Source: Cystobasidiomycetes sp. EMM_F5
Taxonomy: Eukaryota
Assembly (NCBI GenBank): GCA_051047955.1
Contig: JBPGPT010000001.1
Span: 806,001-870,000, forward strand
Direction of reading: 5' to 3'
DNA: 64,000 bases
Part shown: positions 23,140 to 35,675 of the stretch, piece by piece
How the letters are laid out: each line of letters opens with the position of its first letter
How positions within the stretch are numbered: the stretch's first letter is position 1
Notes under the pieces: generated by a model
Told to the model about the DNA's origin: nothing
The model's input: only the letters and a program-made list of their open reading frames with translations
The model's database searches: none
Position numbers and translations under genes: made by a program

Positions 23140-24510
23140 CTAGTCGAAGCGTTGCCTCTTCTGACCTTGATTAAACGACCCTCCTTGGAAGCCGCCTCTG
23201 CCGCCTCTTCCGCCGCCGCCCATGCCATTGCCCATCATGTTGCCCATGCCGGCCATTCCGCCCATCATGCCCATCATCGGGTTACCCATCATATTCATCA
23301 TGGGATTTCCTCCACCCATATTGGCATTGCCGCCGCCGTTGCCCATCATTCCACCTCCCCGGCCAAATCCTCCTCCTCCTCGACCGCTGAAGCCGCCACG
23401 GTCTCCACCCATATTGCCGCCGCCGCCTCTACCGCTAGGCCCGCTGCCCATGGCGCCCGTACGGATACCGCCGCTGCCAATTTGTCTTCCATCTGTCGAC
23501 GTTCAAAATTAGTAATGTGGACGGTTGACTGCAGCAGTATACCGACCCTTTTGCGACTTGTACGGGTTGAAGCTTCCAGATTGCTGATGGACGTTCATTC
23601 GCTTGCCTTGAAAGTCGCTGTCATACATAATGTGTTAGCCCTCGTGCAAGAAAACCCGCCAGGATGCTCTCACCTCGTTTCCAGGAACCTCTTGACCCTT
23701 GCTGCTTCTTCCTCGTTCTGGCACTCCACAAACGCCATGCTAAACGCATTCTTAGGGTCTCCCTGTGCCTAGTCCATTTCCAGCCACTCACCCTTTCGAC
23801 TTGCCATTGACTTTGTGTTCAGAAAAAGTCACATCGTTCAGGCTAATGTTGACTCCCATGGATGCGCACAGCCTTCGAAGGTCTTCGTCGCTGGTAAACT
23901 AGACATGTGCTTCAGCGCACGGGCAATCTTACCGTTCGTAGGTTGCCATGTATTGCCTACCCAGTGTAATTCGGTGATATTGAGAGCATTCATGCCGGTC
24001 CTTTGCATCTGGCCACCATTCATGTCGTCCATGCCGCCCATGTTACCCATGCCGCCCATGCCTCCCATTCCTCCCATGTTGCCCATGCTCATATTGCCCA
24101 TGCCATTCATACCCATCATGTTTTGTCCCATCATGCCCATTCCCATCATGTTTGGCATACCGCCCATCATGTTGCCGGCATTCATTGGAGACATGCCGCC
24201 CATGTTCATGCCACCCATCATGTTTTGGTTCTGATTTTGATTCTGATTCTGATTATCCGGAGGTGGGGACTGCTGGGATGCGGAAGGTCCATCCTGCTGC
24301 TATTGGCATACCATTCATTATACAGTCACACACTGGGCGGAATGGGATCTACCTTGTCTGGGGCAGACGTGCCCGTGGTCGAGTTTGACGGTTTCGACGA
24401 GTCGAGGTCTCCGTAGATCTGAGGCACAAGATCAGTCTACAAGTTTAAATTTGGCCGGATATTAATCGGCATACATCGCTTTCATCGCCGTAGATGTCGA
24501 TGTCTGCCAT
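23140..24510 (-). CDS. RRM protein, CFIm68/CPSF6-like cleavage factor subunit
   Basis: Starts [13 protein letters not shown] reads [19 protein letters not shown]...[18 protein letters not shown], resembling the CPSF6/7 RRM. Flanked by M/G/N-rich and RGG low-complexity tracts. Six introns. Confidence 0.8.
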
Positions 24511-24679
24511 GGCTGCAAGTGCCTGTTAGAGGGGTACTGTGTATGTATTCATCGTACAGGAAACCAAGGAAAATAGAGTAAGAAGTTTGTCAACAACAGC
24601 AGTTTGGCGCCTCTTGAGAAGCCTAGCGGGTACACCATGACCAGCCCCGACACAAAAGAGGACGTACATGGAAAAACAG

Positions 24680-24729
24680 CGAGGAGGATCTAAGGGGGAA
24701 TATCCGAGGAGGATCTAAGGGGGAATATC
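24680..24729. repeat. Perfect 25-bp tandem duplication in a divergent promoter
   Basis: CGAGGAGGATCTAAGGGGGAATATC at 24680-24704 and 24705-24729. Confidence 0.95.
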
Positions 24730-25100
24730 GACCACGGCGAGTCCGTACAAGGGTGTGCGGTGTCGAGCACTACGGTATGGCATGGTATACACGGGGCACA
24801 CAGCAGATATGCATCAGAAACATGAGAACTGCTCTGATTCCAGACCATCGCAGCCCAACGAGCAGCTGCCAGATCCGTTCGAAAAACAACGTACGCTCGG
24901 ATAACAGAACAGCGGTCAGGATATCTTTGTGTTTCAGGATGTCGTAGCAGTGTGTCGTACTCTGAGCGAGTTGTGAGGCTGGCAAGCTAGTCTGGCCAAT
25001 TTCGAGCCAAAGACAGACCGTGATCGAGTTCTCATTCGCAGGACATCGATATAAGTGACCGCAGCTGTTCATCCACAAACACTGGCACAACTGCGCAACC

Positions 25101-28100
25101 ATGTCTGCCTCGACGACTGCCTCGTCCGATGTGCGGCGCATCACGACTTATGGCAAACGCAGAGTCCAGATGGCGAGCACTCACCGCGACTGGATGCTCG
25201 CAATGGGGACTTTGACAAAGTCTGGCGCAAGTCTCGGCAGCTCGAGCAGTAGCATCCCTCTTGTACCCTCAGTCACTCCACTCGTGCCCGAATCACCTTC
25301 TCTGCCCTTTCCCACTTCATCCCCCGCCAGCTCGACCGTGGCCACTAATGTAAACAACAAGGAACGTCGCAGGCTGATTTCAATCGAATCAACCACTTCA
25401 AACGCATCCTCCGCGTCTAGCACATCCTCAAGCAACAGAGGCAGTCGTGCAGTGAAACAGCCAGCGCGACGTCGCATACTCGTCTCTGACTCTGATGACG
25501 ATTATGCCGAATCCCCGAAAAGAACGCAACCTCAACAAAAGGTAGACAATGCAAAAGTCGTCAGGAAAGGGCATCCACGCGTAGCGCTTCGACGCAAGGA
25601 CAGCAACCTGGAAAATGTGCACCCTAGCCCTTTGGATGGTAGAGCCGTTATCAAGAGCAATGCTCTACCATCACAGAGTATAATGACGAAGCACGTCTCT
25701 GTGTCGGGCATTGATGACGTATCAGATGACACTGCCGACAAGGAGAATTCTGCTGCGGTCGCAAGAGTCGATGCCGTACCGCTACAAGCCAGCTCCCCAG
25801 TCAAGATTGTGCGCCCGCCAAGCCAGGCTCACAGTAGACCGTTGGTCCACGCAACCCGCTTCCCGCTCGTATCTCACCGCCTTCCTGCAGTCGGAGTAAT
25901 CTCTCCACGTCCATTCCACGTACCTTCTACTCTTCGTAATCGCTACTCCTCCTCATCCTCCGCAACTACCGCTTCTGGATCATCAGGTTCCTCAACCACT
26001 AGATCGAGATTGCAAGTCGCGCCTCCTCAAGGACACGGTGTGGACGCAGCAGTCCAGTGGCGTCGTCCGCTAACCCCAAACGTACGACTAAGCTTGCCTG
26101 AACATCGCTCAGATGTACGAAAGCACACTCATCGACCCCAAATCATCAATCTCTCGAATAGCCCGAGCATGCAACGTGTCAGAAAGAGGCAGACTAGCTC
26201 TCAGGTCGACGATCTGAGGACAAGTCCGGCGGCTACCCCGTCTTTGGCTCAGTCCGATGTCCCTGTCGAGGAAAGCAAGAGTGTGGAGCAAATACCATCT
26301 CAAGACGCGCCCGACAATACAGACTTTGCCGATGCGTCCGAAAGTGCGCAGGCCGCGGGATTGATCGAAAGTAAACCCGCTTTGGTCAGCAGTGAACCGA
26401 GTATCGACAGCCTATCTACTGCACTCGACGATTTGAAGCTTCAATTGTACGGTACTATCAAAACGACAGGCTATTCTCAAGCATACCAACCTCTTGGAGC
26501 CACATGCAACGGAGATACTGCTGATCCGAACGTGTACGACTTCGGATCTCTGGTCTCGCAATTCCCTCTAGTGTCAGGTGCAACAAAGGGCCATCCAGTG
26601 ACGTGGACAAAGATTGGCGAAGCCACGTTTTCTGAAGTCTACTCCTGCACTAGCTCTGATCCTGAGAAATATGCCGCTGCTGATAGCGTCGTGGTCAAAG
26701 TGATACCCTTGCACGCCGATTCACCCGAGATTATAGACAATTATGTAGCAGATCTGGACGGAAGCGAGGATGATGCCCCCGGTCGAGAAGGGCAGCCATT
26801 CACGACAGCTTTGGCAGATGTAGAGCGGGAAATACTCATAACCCGGGCGCTGTCTGACAAGCAGGATAGTGTTGGCCCTACTGGATTTACAGAGCTCAAA
26901 GCGTACGTGTTCAGGCAACGGTCAGACCCGATGTGAGCTGAGACCTTGCCTCGACAGCGCATTTATTGCAAAGGGGTCTTATCCGCCTGAATTGTTGCAA
27001 GCTTGGGATGATTACAAGCTACGACAGCCGCGCTCTGCAGAAAATCCGCGACCGCATGGCCTTGGCTCAAAACGAATGTATGCACTCGTGTGTCTTGCTC
27101 ATGGCGGAGAAGACCTTGAGCGTGTAAAGCTCACTTCATGGACACAAGCCGCGAGCATCTTGTGGCAGACTACCAAAGCGTTGGCATATGCGGAAGACAA
27201 GCTCCAATTCGAGGTGCGTCGGCAGTCACCTGACAAAGCTAGAGATTCTGATCTACACGTATGCAGCATCGTGATCTACATTGGGGCAACATACTCGTCC
27301 AAGAGGCACCAGAGGAGACAGTAGTGGAACTTGATGATACCCCTGCATGCTTGTTAGGGTCCGCCAGGACAGTCAAGGCGACAATTATAGACTTCACTCT
27401 CGCTCGTGCTTCACTGCCAAACGGCCAAATTCTGTCTGGTGGTCTTGACGATGACTCGATGTTTGATGGGCAAGGTGCGTGATTCTATTCAAACAAGCTA
27501 AAGGGATCTACAGCTGAACCGTGCTGTAGGGGATCAACAATATGAGTGTTATAGACAGATGCGACGACTTGTGAACGGTTCTTGGGAGACGTTCTGCCCT
27601 ACAACTAATGTCGTTGTAGGTTCTCTGCTCAACTTCGGGACTACGTTAGAACTGACCAGTCTTGACTCCCATGGCAGTGGCTTCATTATTTGGTGAATAA
27701 GCTGTTGACCGGGAAGAAGTTGAAGAAGCCTACAGCAAAGAAGCGGGCGCGCTCAACCATCATACTTGCGTCCGGACATGGTACTCCTCGGAAGGCGCGG
27801 AATGGAAGGTCCGGGGCTATTGCTGTCTCTGCTCCGCTGCGTTCTGGGATCCAAGGCAGAGCAGGGAAACCATCCTCCGCTGCTGAACAGATTTCGACGC
27901 CGGAGCAAGTGGCTTACGACGCGCTATTACAGCTGGAAACTCGATTGAGCAACGCTGTGAAAGAACTGCTAGACGTTACAGACCGTGTAATTCCTGTCGA
28001 CAAGAAGAGAAACACGCGAGCTTCGGCTGCCAGTGCAGATTCTTCGGACGCCATTGCAGTTCTTCTACAAGCGCTGGGCATCACTTCCGCTGGCGATGTG

Positions 28101-28136
28101 GCTGCTTGGTGGCTGCAACAAACAGTGCCGCAATAA
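25101..28136 (+). CDS. Haspin-family atypical Ser/Thr kinase (Alk1/Hrk1-like)
   Basis: Long S/R-rich N-terminus starting ITTYGKRR, then KIGEATFSEVY, VVKVIPL, spliced FE|HRDLHWGNILV, IIDFTLAR, DQQYECYRQMR and TNVV|WLHYL. Four introns. Confidence 0.92.
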
Positions 28137-28338
28137 GTTGGCAGACAAGCTATGCATTCAGTATATGCAAGCTGTTATCTGTTGTTACGTCAAAATCAGA
28201 AGGTGGCTCGCTTTAGTCTTGACTATCATACACAACAAGAAGCGTATGCGATGCGGTGAATATGCATAAGCGATGCAATATGGTATAATCATGCTACAGT
28301 TGGTACGCGCAAGCAACATGGTCGCAAATCGAGCCCCG

Positions 28339-31300
28339 CTATTGAGGCCGAGCTGCTCGATCTTCTTCGCTGTCGTCGGACAGAAGGGCTGATCCGAGAT
28401 TTCGAACTGCATCTTCTCTTCTTCGCTTTAATAGATCCTGTGCTCCAACGAATGTGGCGGCTGCTACAGCATTGTCGAGAGCATCCGATCCGCGGCGTGC
28501 GGCTAACGTTGATGTCTCCTCGACCTCGCGAAGCGGATCGCTTAGCGATCGGACAATGCGATGTCCTTTCTCTCCAAGTCGCAGCGTGTCCACTTCATCT
28601 TGTAACACGCGTTGTACTGGACCCAACCTCTGGTGCTGATCGCTCGGGGACGGTCGACGTAGCTTAGCTTGAGTTAAGGCTGATCCCTCGCCAGAAGTGA
28701 CGGATGTAGGACCGGTGCTGCAGTTCGTCTCGGACGCGGACGAGGACAAAGGTGAAGATGACGAATGCAAGGCGCCCTGCTGCTGCAAGTCACTTCGCAG
28801 GCCCTTCGGTGGCACCGGTGATGATGTTCGCGATCCCCGTCTGCGTGGCACGAAAGATAACACGTCACCTTCACTCTCGCTGGCACTCTCTTGGCCAGGT
28901 GCTTGTATGGCTACCGGCAGGGAGTGCGATGGAATGGGTTCCTGGCGGATACTGACATCGTTTCTGGCGAAGGAGTAACTTGCCCAATCAGCGGTGAGTG
29001 CGAAAAAGCGCTCAACTTTGGGCAGCAGTGTCAACATTTGCATGAAACTAGATATCCGTAGGTCAGTGGCTGATTTCGACCGCTCCTTGCGCTGCTATTG
29101 GCTTACCCATGGGACCAGCCCTCGATGAAGCGGGTTGTTACCCAGTCTTCCTCCGTCTCTTCCAAGATAGGATCCTCTTTCGTTCTCGACGAACTACTCA
29201 TACGCAAGCCCTCCCCGAACTTGCTGCGCTTGTTCTGAGCTTCGGCCTTTCGGGCTAATTTGGCGTCCCGTAATCGCCCGGAAAAGATCAGGGTGTCATC
29301 GCTGAACGGGTCTCTCTCGCCGCATAATAGATAAACGGGCGGAAATTGAGCGAGAAGTTCGGAAGGTGTCAGTATAGGCGAAATATAGTAGTTTTTCGAC
29401 AGGTCCGGAGAATTGCGAGGTCCGACACTGCAAATTTCCCATTAGACTGACCTTCTTTGACAAAACGCGAGACTTACTAGCAGATTGCCATAGCGCGCAT
29501 CATGCTTGGCGATATGATTCTGTCGTTGAAGAATCCTGTACGACTTGTCATAGTCAGTCGAGTGCCAAGAGTTGATGCTCGTGACTTTTTGTTGTTGCGA
29601 GAATCCGTTATGTCATCGCCGAGCTCAGCATAATTGCGGTCCTGCGAGGTCTATTGTCAGGCTTGACGCCTTTCGCGCAACAGCGCCACTTACGGGGTTC
29701 CAATATTGAACACGTTCAGATAGAGCTTTCTGGGCTTCATCGCAAGTCTCGTCGCTCTCGCTATCTGCATCATCTCCCTTGTCAATGATAGCCTGTTGTG
29801 TATGGGATCCCGACATGCCGGCTATGCCGCTACCTTTCGGACTGCCATCTGCAGCGTGATGGAGCATCGGAGCAGTTGCTGGCAGGCGCTTGACTGGTGA
29901 CGAGGGAGTCGAGCCCGGAGACTTCAGGCTTTGGATTAGAGGAAGCTTGTTGAAGCTTTTAGTCCAGGATAATTTCCGTCGATGTTTAGGGCGATTGTCC
30001 TCCACCACTGCCAATGGCGAGTGATGCTTTAAATGATCTTTCTGCTCGGCAATACCTCTAACGGTCGAGCTTGATTCTTGACGGAGAATCTTGAGGTGTT
30101 CAGGCGGCATAAAGCTGAGGCGGCATCAGTATTCAGCTATACATGTGGAGCTGAAGTACTTACGATGTAAAATTGAAGTCGAGGGCGGGGTAAGCCCATA
30201 TTATGCTAAGAGGCAAAGGGAGTCGACTTGAACCAGGAACTTCCAAGACTTTGATCATTAATGCAGCGCCAAGATTGGCACCACTGAACAGATTGAGAGT
30301 GTCAGTGCGCGTTCATCATTCGCAGATGATTTATACCTACGCAGAATCTCCAGATAAGACTACACTGAGCTTGCCCTTGAGCATTCCTAACACCGAGCCT
30401 TTCGTTTCATGTAGTAGACGATAAACATCAAAGCATTCATGCATTGCGTAAGGATACGGGTACTCTATACGCAATATCAGCAACGTGAGATCGGGTACTT
30501 TTAAGGTCATAACGCACCTGGTGCTTTGCTGTACTTCAGCGACAGAACCGGCTTGGCAGTCTTCTTTGCCCAATAATGTATGCGCTCATCGTGATGCTCT
30601 GGACCCATGCACACGAATCCGCCGCCGGGGATATCGAGGATAAGCTCGTGGCAGTCGGCTAATTGCTGCTCCGTTCCTGCGTAGTATAGGATGGCTTGGA
30701 CTGGCTTACTGTCGATCAAAACAGCCTTTAGATCATGTTTCACCGTTGAGAGACCACACGAACTTATAAGGTGATCCTTTCGGACGTGGAAGCGTAATAC
30801 TACGCTTGATGGCTAGCCTCGGACGATTCAGTACAGTGGCGGCCCGCAATAATGGATTGGTGGTCTTCTCCCAAGTTGCCCTTAGCATTTCGACCGTACA
30901 GAAGGCACGGTATTTCCGTAACTGTCCGCGACATAAGCTCGTTAGAACTGACAAATGGGTGTGATGGCTGATACGAACCTTGTCATCAGCTTCATTGGCA
31001 AATAGCAGATAGTACCCGCTGAACAGCACCGAGACTATATGCCTCAGCCAATTTGGTCTTATATGCATAGCGGTCGCGAATCCCGTGTCTAGTGCCGTAA
31101 CTGTTTGTAAAGCATGTTAACATATGAATCGCCTGTAGGCGGCGTGTGACTGATGCTCACCCATCCATGTTGCACGGTAAAAGTCACTAGAGTACTGCAT
31201 TAGGTATCCGTGATCAATTGAAGGGTCCTCTGCGTTAAGACTTGCTTGACCTACCAGCCTGGCTAGCGGCTCCGGTGCTTGAAGGCCCAAAATTGCATCT

Positions 31301-31769
31301 GCATTCTTCACTGCATATCTGGAAAGCAATGACTGCATGAGTGTCTAGTCTCACAGCGCCTGATTTGCTGCTTGCTGCGCGTACAAGCACGACAATGTCG
31401 CCGCCAACACCTGCCATGGGGTGAGCTTGTCACCTGACGTCAAACGAAGCCTGGTCAACCAGAACTCCGCTCGCTGAGAGTAATTCTTACGCACGAACGC
31501 GTCTACTAAACCATCGCACTATTGGAGGTCCATTCTTGTTGCCTCGCACCAAAGCAACAGTCCAAAATAAAAGCACCTGCGCTCAAAGCGGCGATGAGAC
31601 CAAACAGCCTGGCGTAAACACCACAAAGAATTGCGCTCACAAAGATGACCTGCGTGTCCGGAGGGATATCAAACTATGTGAGACCCGTGTCGGAAACACA
31701 AACTCAGCTTGCACCAACCTGGCTCCGCTTCCACTCGTTTGAAGGCCGGCCCAAGAGATGGTCAATCAT
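28339..31769 (-). CDS. Hormone-sensitive-lipase-like alpha/beta hydrolase
   Basis: Starts MIDHLLGRPS. Oxyanion motif PGGGF, nucleophile elbow GDSA|GAN, acid residue in GERDPF, His in GWSHG|F. About 12 canonical introns. Confidence 0.88.
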
Positions 31770-32266
31770 GCTGCCGGTGATGCAGCACGAAGCGCGGAGG
31801 AGACGAGCAGCATAGGATTGCAGTGAAGGTCAGGTATCTTGGACAGAAGTCACAGCCACGACATCGTCAGAGCTCTGCTGCAGAGTCTAGCTCGTCGTGT
31901 TTCGGCTTTGCGCCAGGTTGCGGCTGAAATAGCCGTCCGAGATCGTCATGTGACGAAGCTGATTGCCGTAAAGAGGTTTTCACGATTCAAAATAAGCAAA
32001 CCCGCAAACAAAGCACAACCTTGCGACTACGCAGATCTTACTGCTCTGCCTTTGCAGAAATCACAACAGGTCCAATTGAAACTGAAACTCCCCTACAACA
32101 GCTGGCGTTGAATGACGGAAATGGCGTGCATGTACACTGATAGTACCCATGAGAAGACCTCAGATTGAGCGTATATAGAGCTTATGAGCTTGTAAAAGTA
32201 TGTCGTTATATCGTAGGCAGAATCGATCAATGTACCGTACCATGTCGAGGACGTTGATTTTGAAAA

Positions 32267-35122
32267 TCACGCAGATTGGCGAGCATTCGAAACGCCAGAG
32301 GCCGTTCCAGACGGTGGCGCACCTCCTGCCGCAGCCCTCTTCTGCTTCTTGAACTCGAGCGCTTCTTTGACCCAGCCAGCCATATCCACCTGCATCGTTG
32401 GCTCGTCGCGCAAGAAAGGATGGTCCTGCGTTTCCAAGCGTTAAGTAAATTTCGCACAGCACTGCTCCGCCAATGATGACTGCTTACCAGTAACTGCGCA
32501 TAGCTTGGGCGCTTGTTGGCGTCTTTGTGGAGACACCTTGCCACAAAGTCGTCGGCTTCGCGGCTGTACCCATCCGGTAACGATGGAGGATCTCCATGCA
32601 CGATAGCTTGCAGCTGAGCAAAGACATTGGAGTATGTTTCCGGAGGGTAGGGATAATGGCCACGCGCAAATTCGATAATTGACAATCCCAGCGACCAGAC
32701 ATCGGAACTGACGGTGTACGTTCCCAAGAAGTTTAATGATTCTCCCTTTATCCTTTCCGGCTGTCACAAGTTGTTTGTCAAATGAGTGTTCGAGTAATGA
32801 GAATGATGACAAACTCACAGCCATGTAACTCTGGCATCCGATATTAGTTTTCGCCAAGCTCCGCTCGAGCTGGCCCGATACTCCAAAGTCGCAAAGCTTG
32901 ATAGCTCCCGCCGAGTTGATCAGCACGTTTGTTGGCTTGACGTCTGTTATAGCGCAATTGAGTTCCAATGATAGCTCCGAGCATATCGAGAGAGCTTAGA
33001 CCTACCTCTGTGCATCGTTTGCAATTCGTCCTTGAGGAACTTCAGCCCGCGAACCATCGACGCCGTCACGCGCTTCAGTACTGGTTCCGGTACCGGATAG
33101 CCGGCCAGATTGTCCAGCGATCCTGCGTCCATGAACTCCATACTGCATATGAGTCAGTAGTGTCAGCACGACGTGTGATTTGCGTAGGATGCCGAGATCT
33201 CACCAATAATATACACAACTCTCTATAAAGAAAGCACCGTAAAACTCGACTATCTCTGGAGATATCGCTCTGTGTAAGATGTCGAGTTCTGTGATGATTG
33301 CCTTGAGTTTGCTATCGTCTAATTCTAGTCGGATTTCCTGCCATCCGTCCCGTCACTCAGTTTCGATATCCTATATGAGTGCAACAGCATCTAAGCTTAC
33401 CTTCATTGCCATCGTGACCTTCGTGACTTTGTGGAAAACCTTTTGTACAGTACCGTAGTTACCACTTCCCAACTCATCCTGCAGTTGCAATTCGTCCATG
33501 TTGATCTTGAAGCTGTTGCCATTGGAGAAATCGACTCCTTTGGCATGCAGCACCGCTTTATTCTGAAAGTTGAGTGACCCGCTGGGATCGACAATCTTGC
33601 TAAAGTTACTGAAAGGCGTTCCACCCATCTGATTTGTATTTGGGTCTGATCCAGGGCCGGAAGAGCCAGGTGGTAATCTCATCTGTGGTCTGTTTGCTCT
33701 TCCCATGGGTGGACCACCGTTCAATGCAGATAGCCCGTTTGCAAGTGGCGAATCTGTGCCTTTGCTACCCGGCCCGTTCATACCCATTTGAGCTAGAGAC
33801 AAGCCGGCACCAGGCCCTCTCCTCTTGCCAAGACCACTCGCGCCTCCCATCATTATTTGCGGTCCGGCTGACACGGCGTGTCCCGTCATGCCTATTCGCC
33901 CGGGTGCCCCCATAGCTGGTCGCGCCGACATACCGCCACCTAAAGTACCTGCCATGGCAGATGACTGCCGCAGCAAGGTGGCTGTCGGAATACGCTCACC
34001 GGCGCCAACTTGCCCACTTTGTGCCATTGACGCAGCTGTTGGATTATTGCTGCGCGCTGCCATCTGTCAAGGCAACTTTAGTAGTGCCAAGACCAGGACA
34101 GATTGACAACCTACCGCCGCTAGCTTTGCCTGGAGACTCGGTGGCATACGTGATGCAAGGCCAGCACCTGCAGAGCCTGGCTGACCGGGTTTGCGAATGG
34201 CCGTCGCACCTTGAGCTACAGTCACAGGCGGACGCGTCATGGAAGGTGTGGGAGGCTTTGAGGTTGAAGTCGAGGCTGTGCTCGTTGAAGGAGGGTTTGC
34301 GCTGCTGTTCTGAATATAGGGCGCAGATGTAGATGTTGCGCTTCCTTGGGCTTCCAAGGTCGCAAGTGTCTGAACAGCGGGAGCCGAAGCCATACCTTTT
34401 TGCCAGCCGGGTTGCGTGGGGGCGGCGCCCTTTGCTAACTCCTGCCCTGTTACAGTCGGAGCAGGCCTTTGCGGGGGCGGAGAACTAATGAAGTCTTTGG
34501 CCTTTATGGCATTGATTGTCTGGGACACTGTATCTGAAGGCGGCGGCGTTGATGGCGAGGCTGTCATAACGTCACTGGGTGCTGTCTCCATTGCGGGAGA
34601 TACTGAGTGAGAACTGTTGCGATGCGAGTCTTGCAATGTTGGTTTGCCGGTCGTTGCTGCGGTGGCGATATTCAACGAGGATGTCGCAGTGGCCGCGTGC
34701 GGAGACTGTCGGAGTGCAGCAGCTACAGTGCTGGTATTTGGCGTCAAAATGGAAGTGCTGCCGTCTGAAGCTTCCGGGCGCAGTATCTGTGCGACTGGCA
34801 TTGGACCGCTTTGAGGCATAGGCGGCATCGACGTGGAAGCTGACGACGGGAGTTCCGCGTCGTTGTAGCCAGCCAGGCCCTCAGACTGCACTTGGCTCGA
34901 CACATCAGACGAGCCAGTTGTGCTAGAATCCTTCAAAGCTGCTGGAGATGACCCAGATGACGCCGAGATCTGGATTTGAGCGAGCGTGGGCAGCAGTGAG
35001 TCGCTGGACGGGTGCTCGAGACCAGGTTGTCGAGGCGAAACAGCTGGCGTGCTGAATTCTGCGCTGCTGGCCGGGTCACTGCTCGTCGAGCTGTCGATAT
35101 CCTGGCTGATGGCTCCCGACAT
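32267..35122 (-). CDS. PBS2: MAP kinase kinase of the HOG pathway (Pbs2/Wis1)
   Basis: [87 protein letters not shown] and [19 protein letters not shown] are Pbs2-type signatures. Start ATG 35122 is inferred. Confidence 0.93.
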
Positions 35123-35675
35123 GATCTCGTGAACCGCAGTTCTTGCTGGACCGCTCTTATTTCTCCGTCTGACCAGCCAGTCTTGCGCGTCGATGCTTGT
35201 AAGCTTCCCGCAATGCAATGCTCAGTCAGCAGTGTGTTGCCTTGGTCAACAGGATGTGAGCTAGCAGAAGTCGAAATATCGCTCTCGAAATGGAGCTGGA
35301 TGAGTAAAATGGTCAAATGACGCAAACTGGTCATCTGCACAGCTCTCTAAGCGGAAGATAGAAAGAATGTGACTACGAGTCCGGCCTCATACAACAAACT
35401 CGCTCTCCCGCCCTTGTGACAGGAAAGGCACCGTGACCAACGTCATTCCCTCCTCGACCACCATGCTTATCAACTCGCTTGTCTTTCAGTCTCGTGCCCT
35501 AACTTCTTTCCACGGCTCCACGCCCAGCTTGTTCGGCATGCCATTGAATGACCCATCATCCTTGTGCCGGAAAGACGGTTCCTAATCTCCCGCCTGTACA
35601 CATTGTACTCGCACGCGCTTCCTGAGATCGTAACTCTGCGTGTATCGCTGTTTCACAAGCATTCGTGCGGGACAT

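Noticed and set aside
23107..23772. Long plus-strand His/Ala- and Pro-rich ORFs
   Set aside because: Antisense shadows of the low-complexity CPSF6-like coding sequence.
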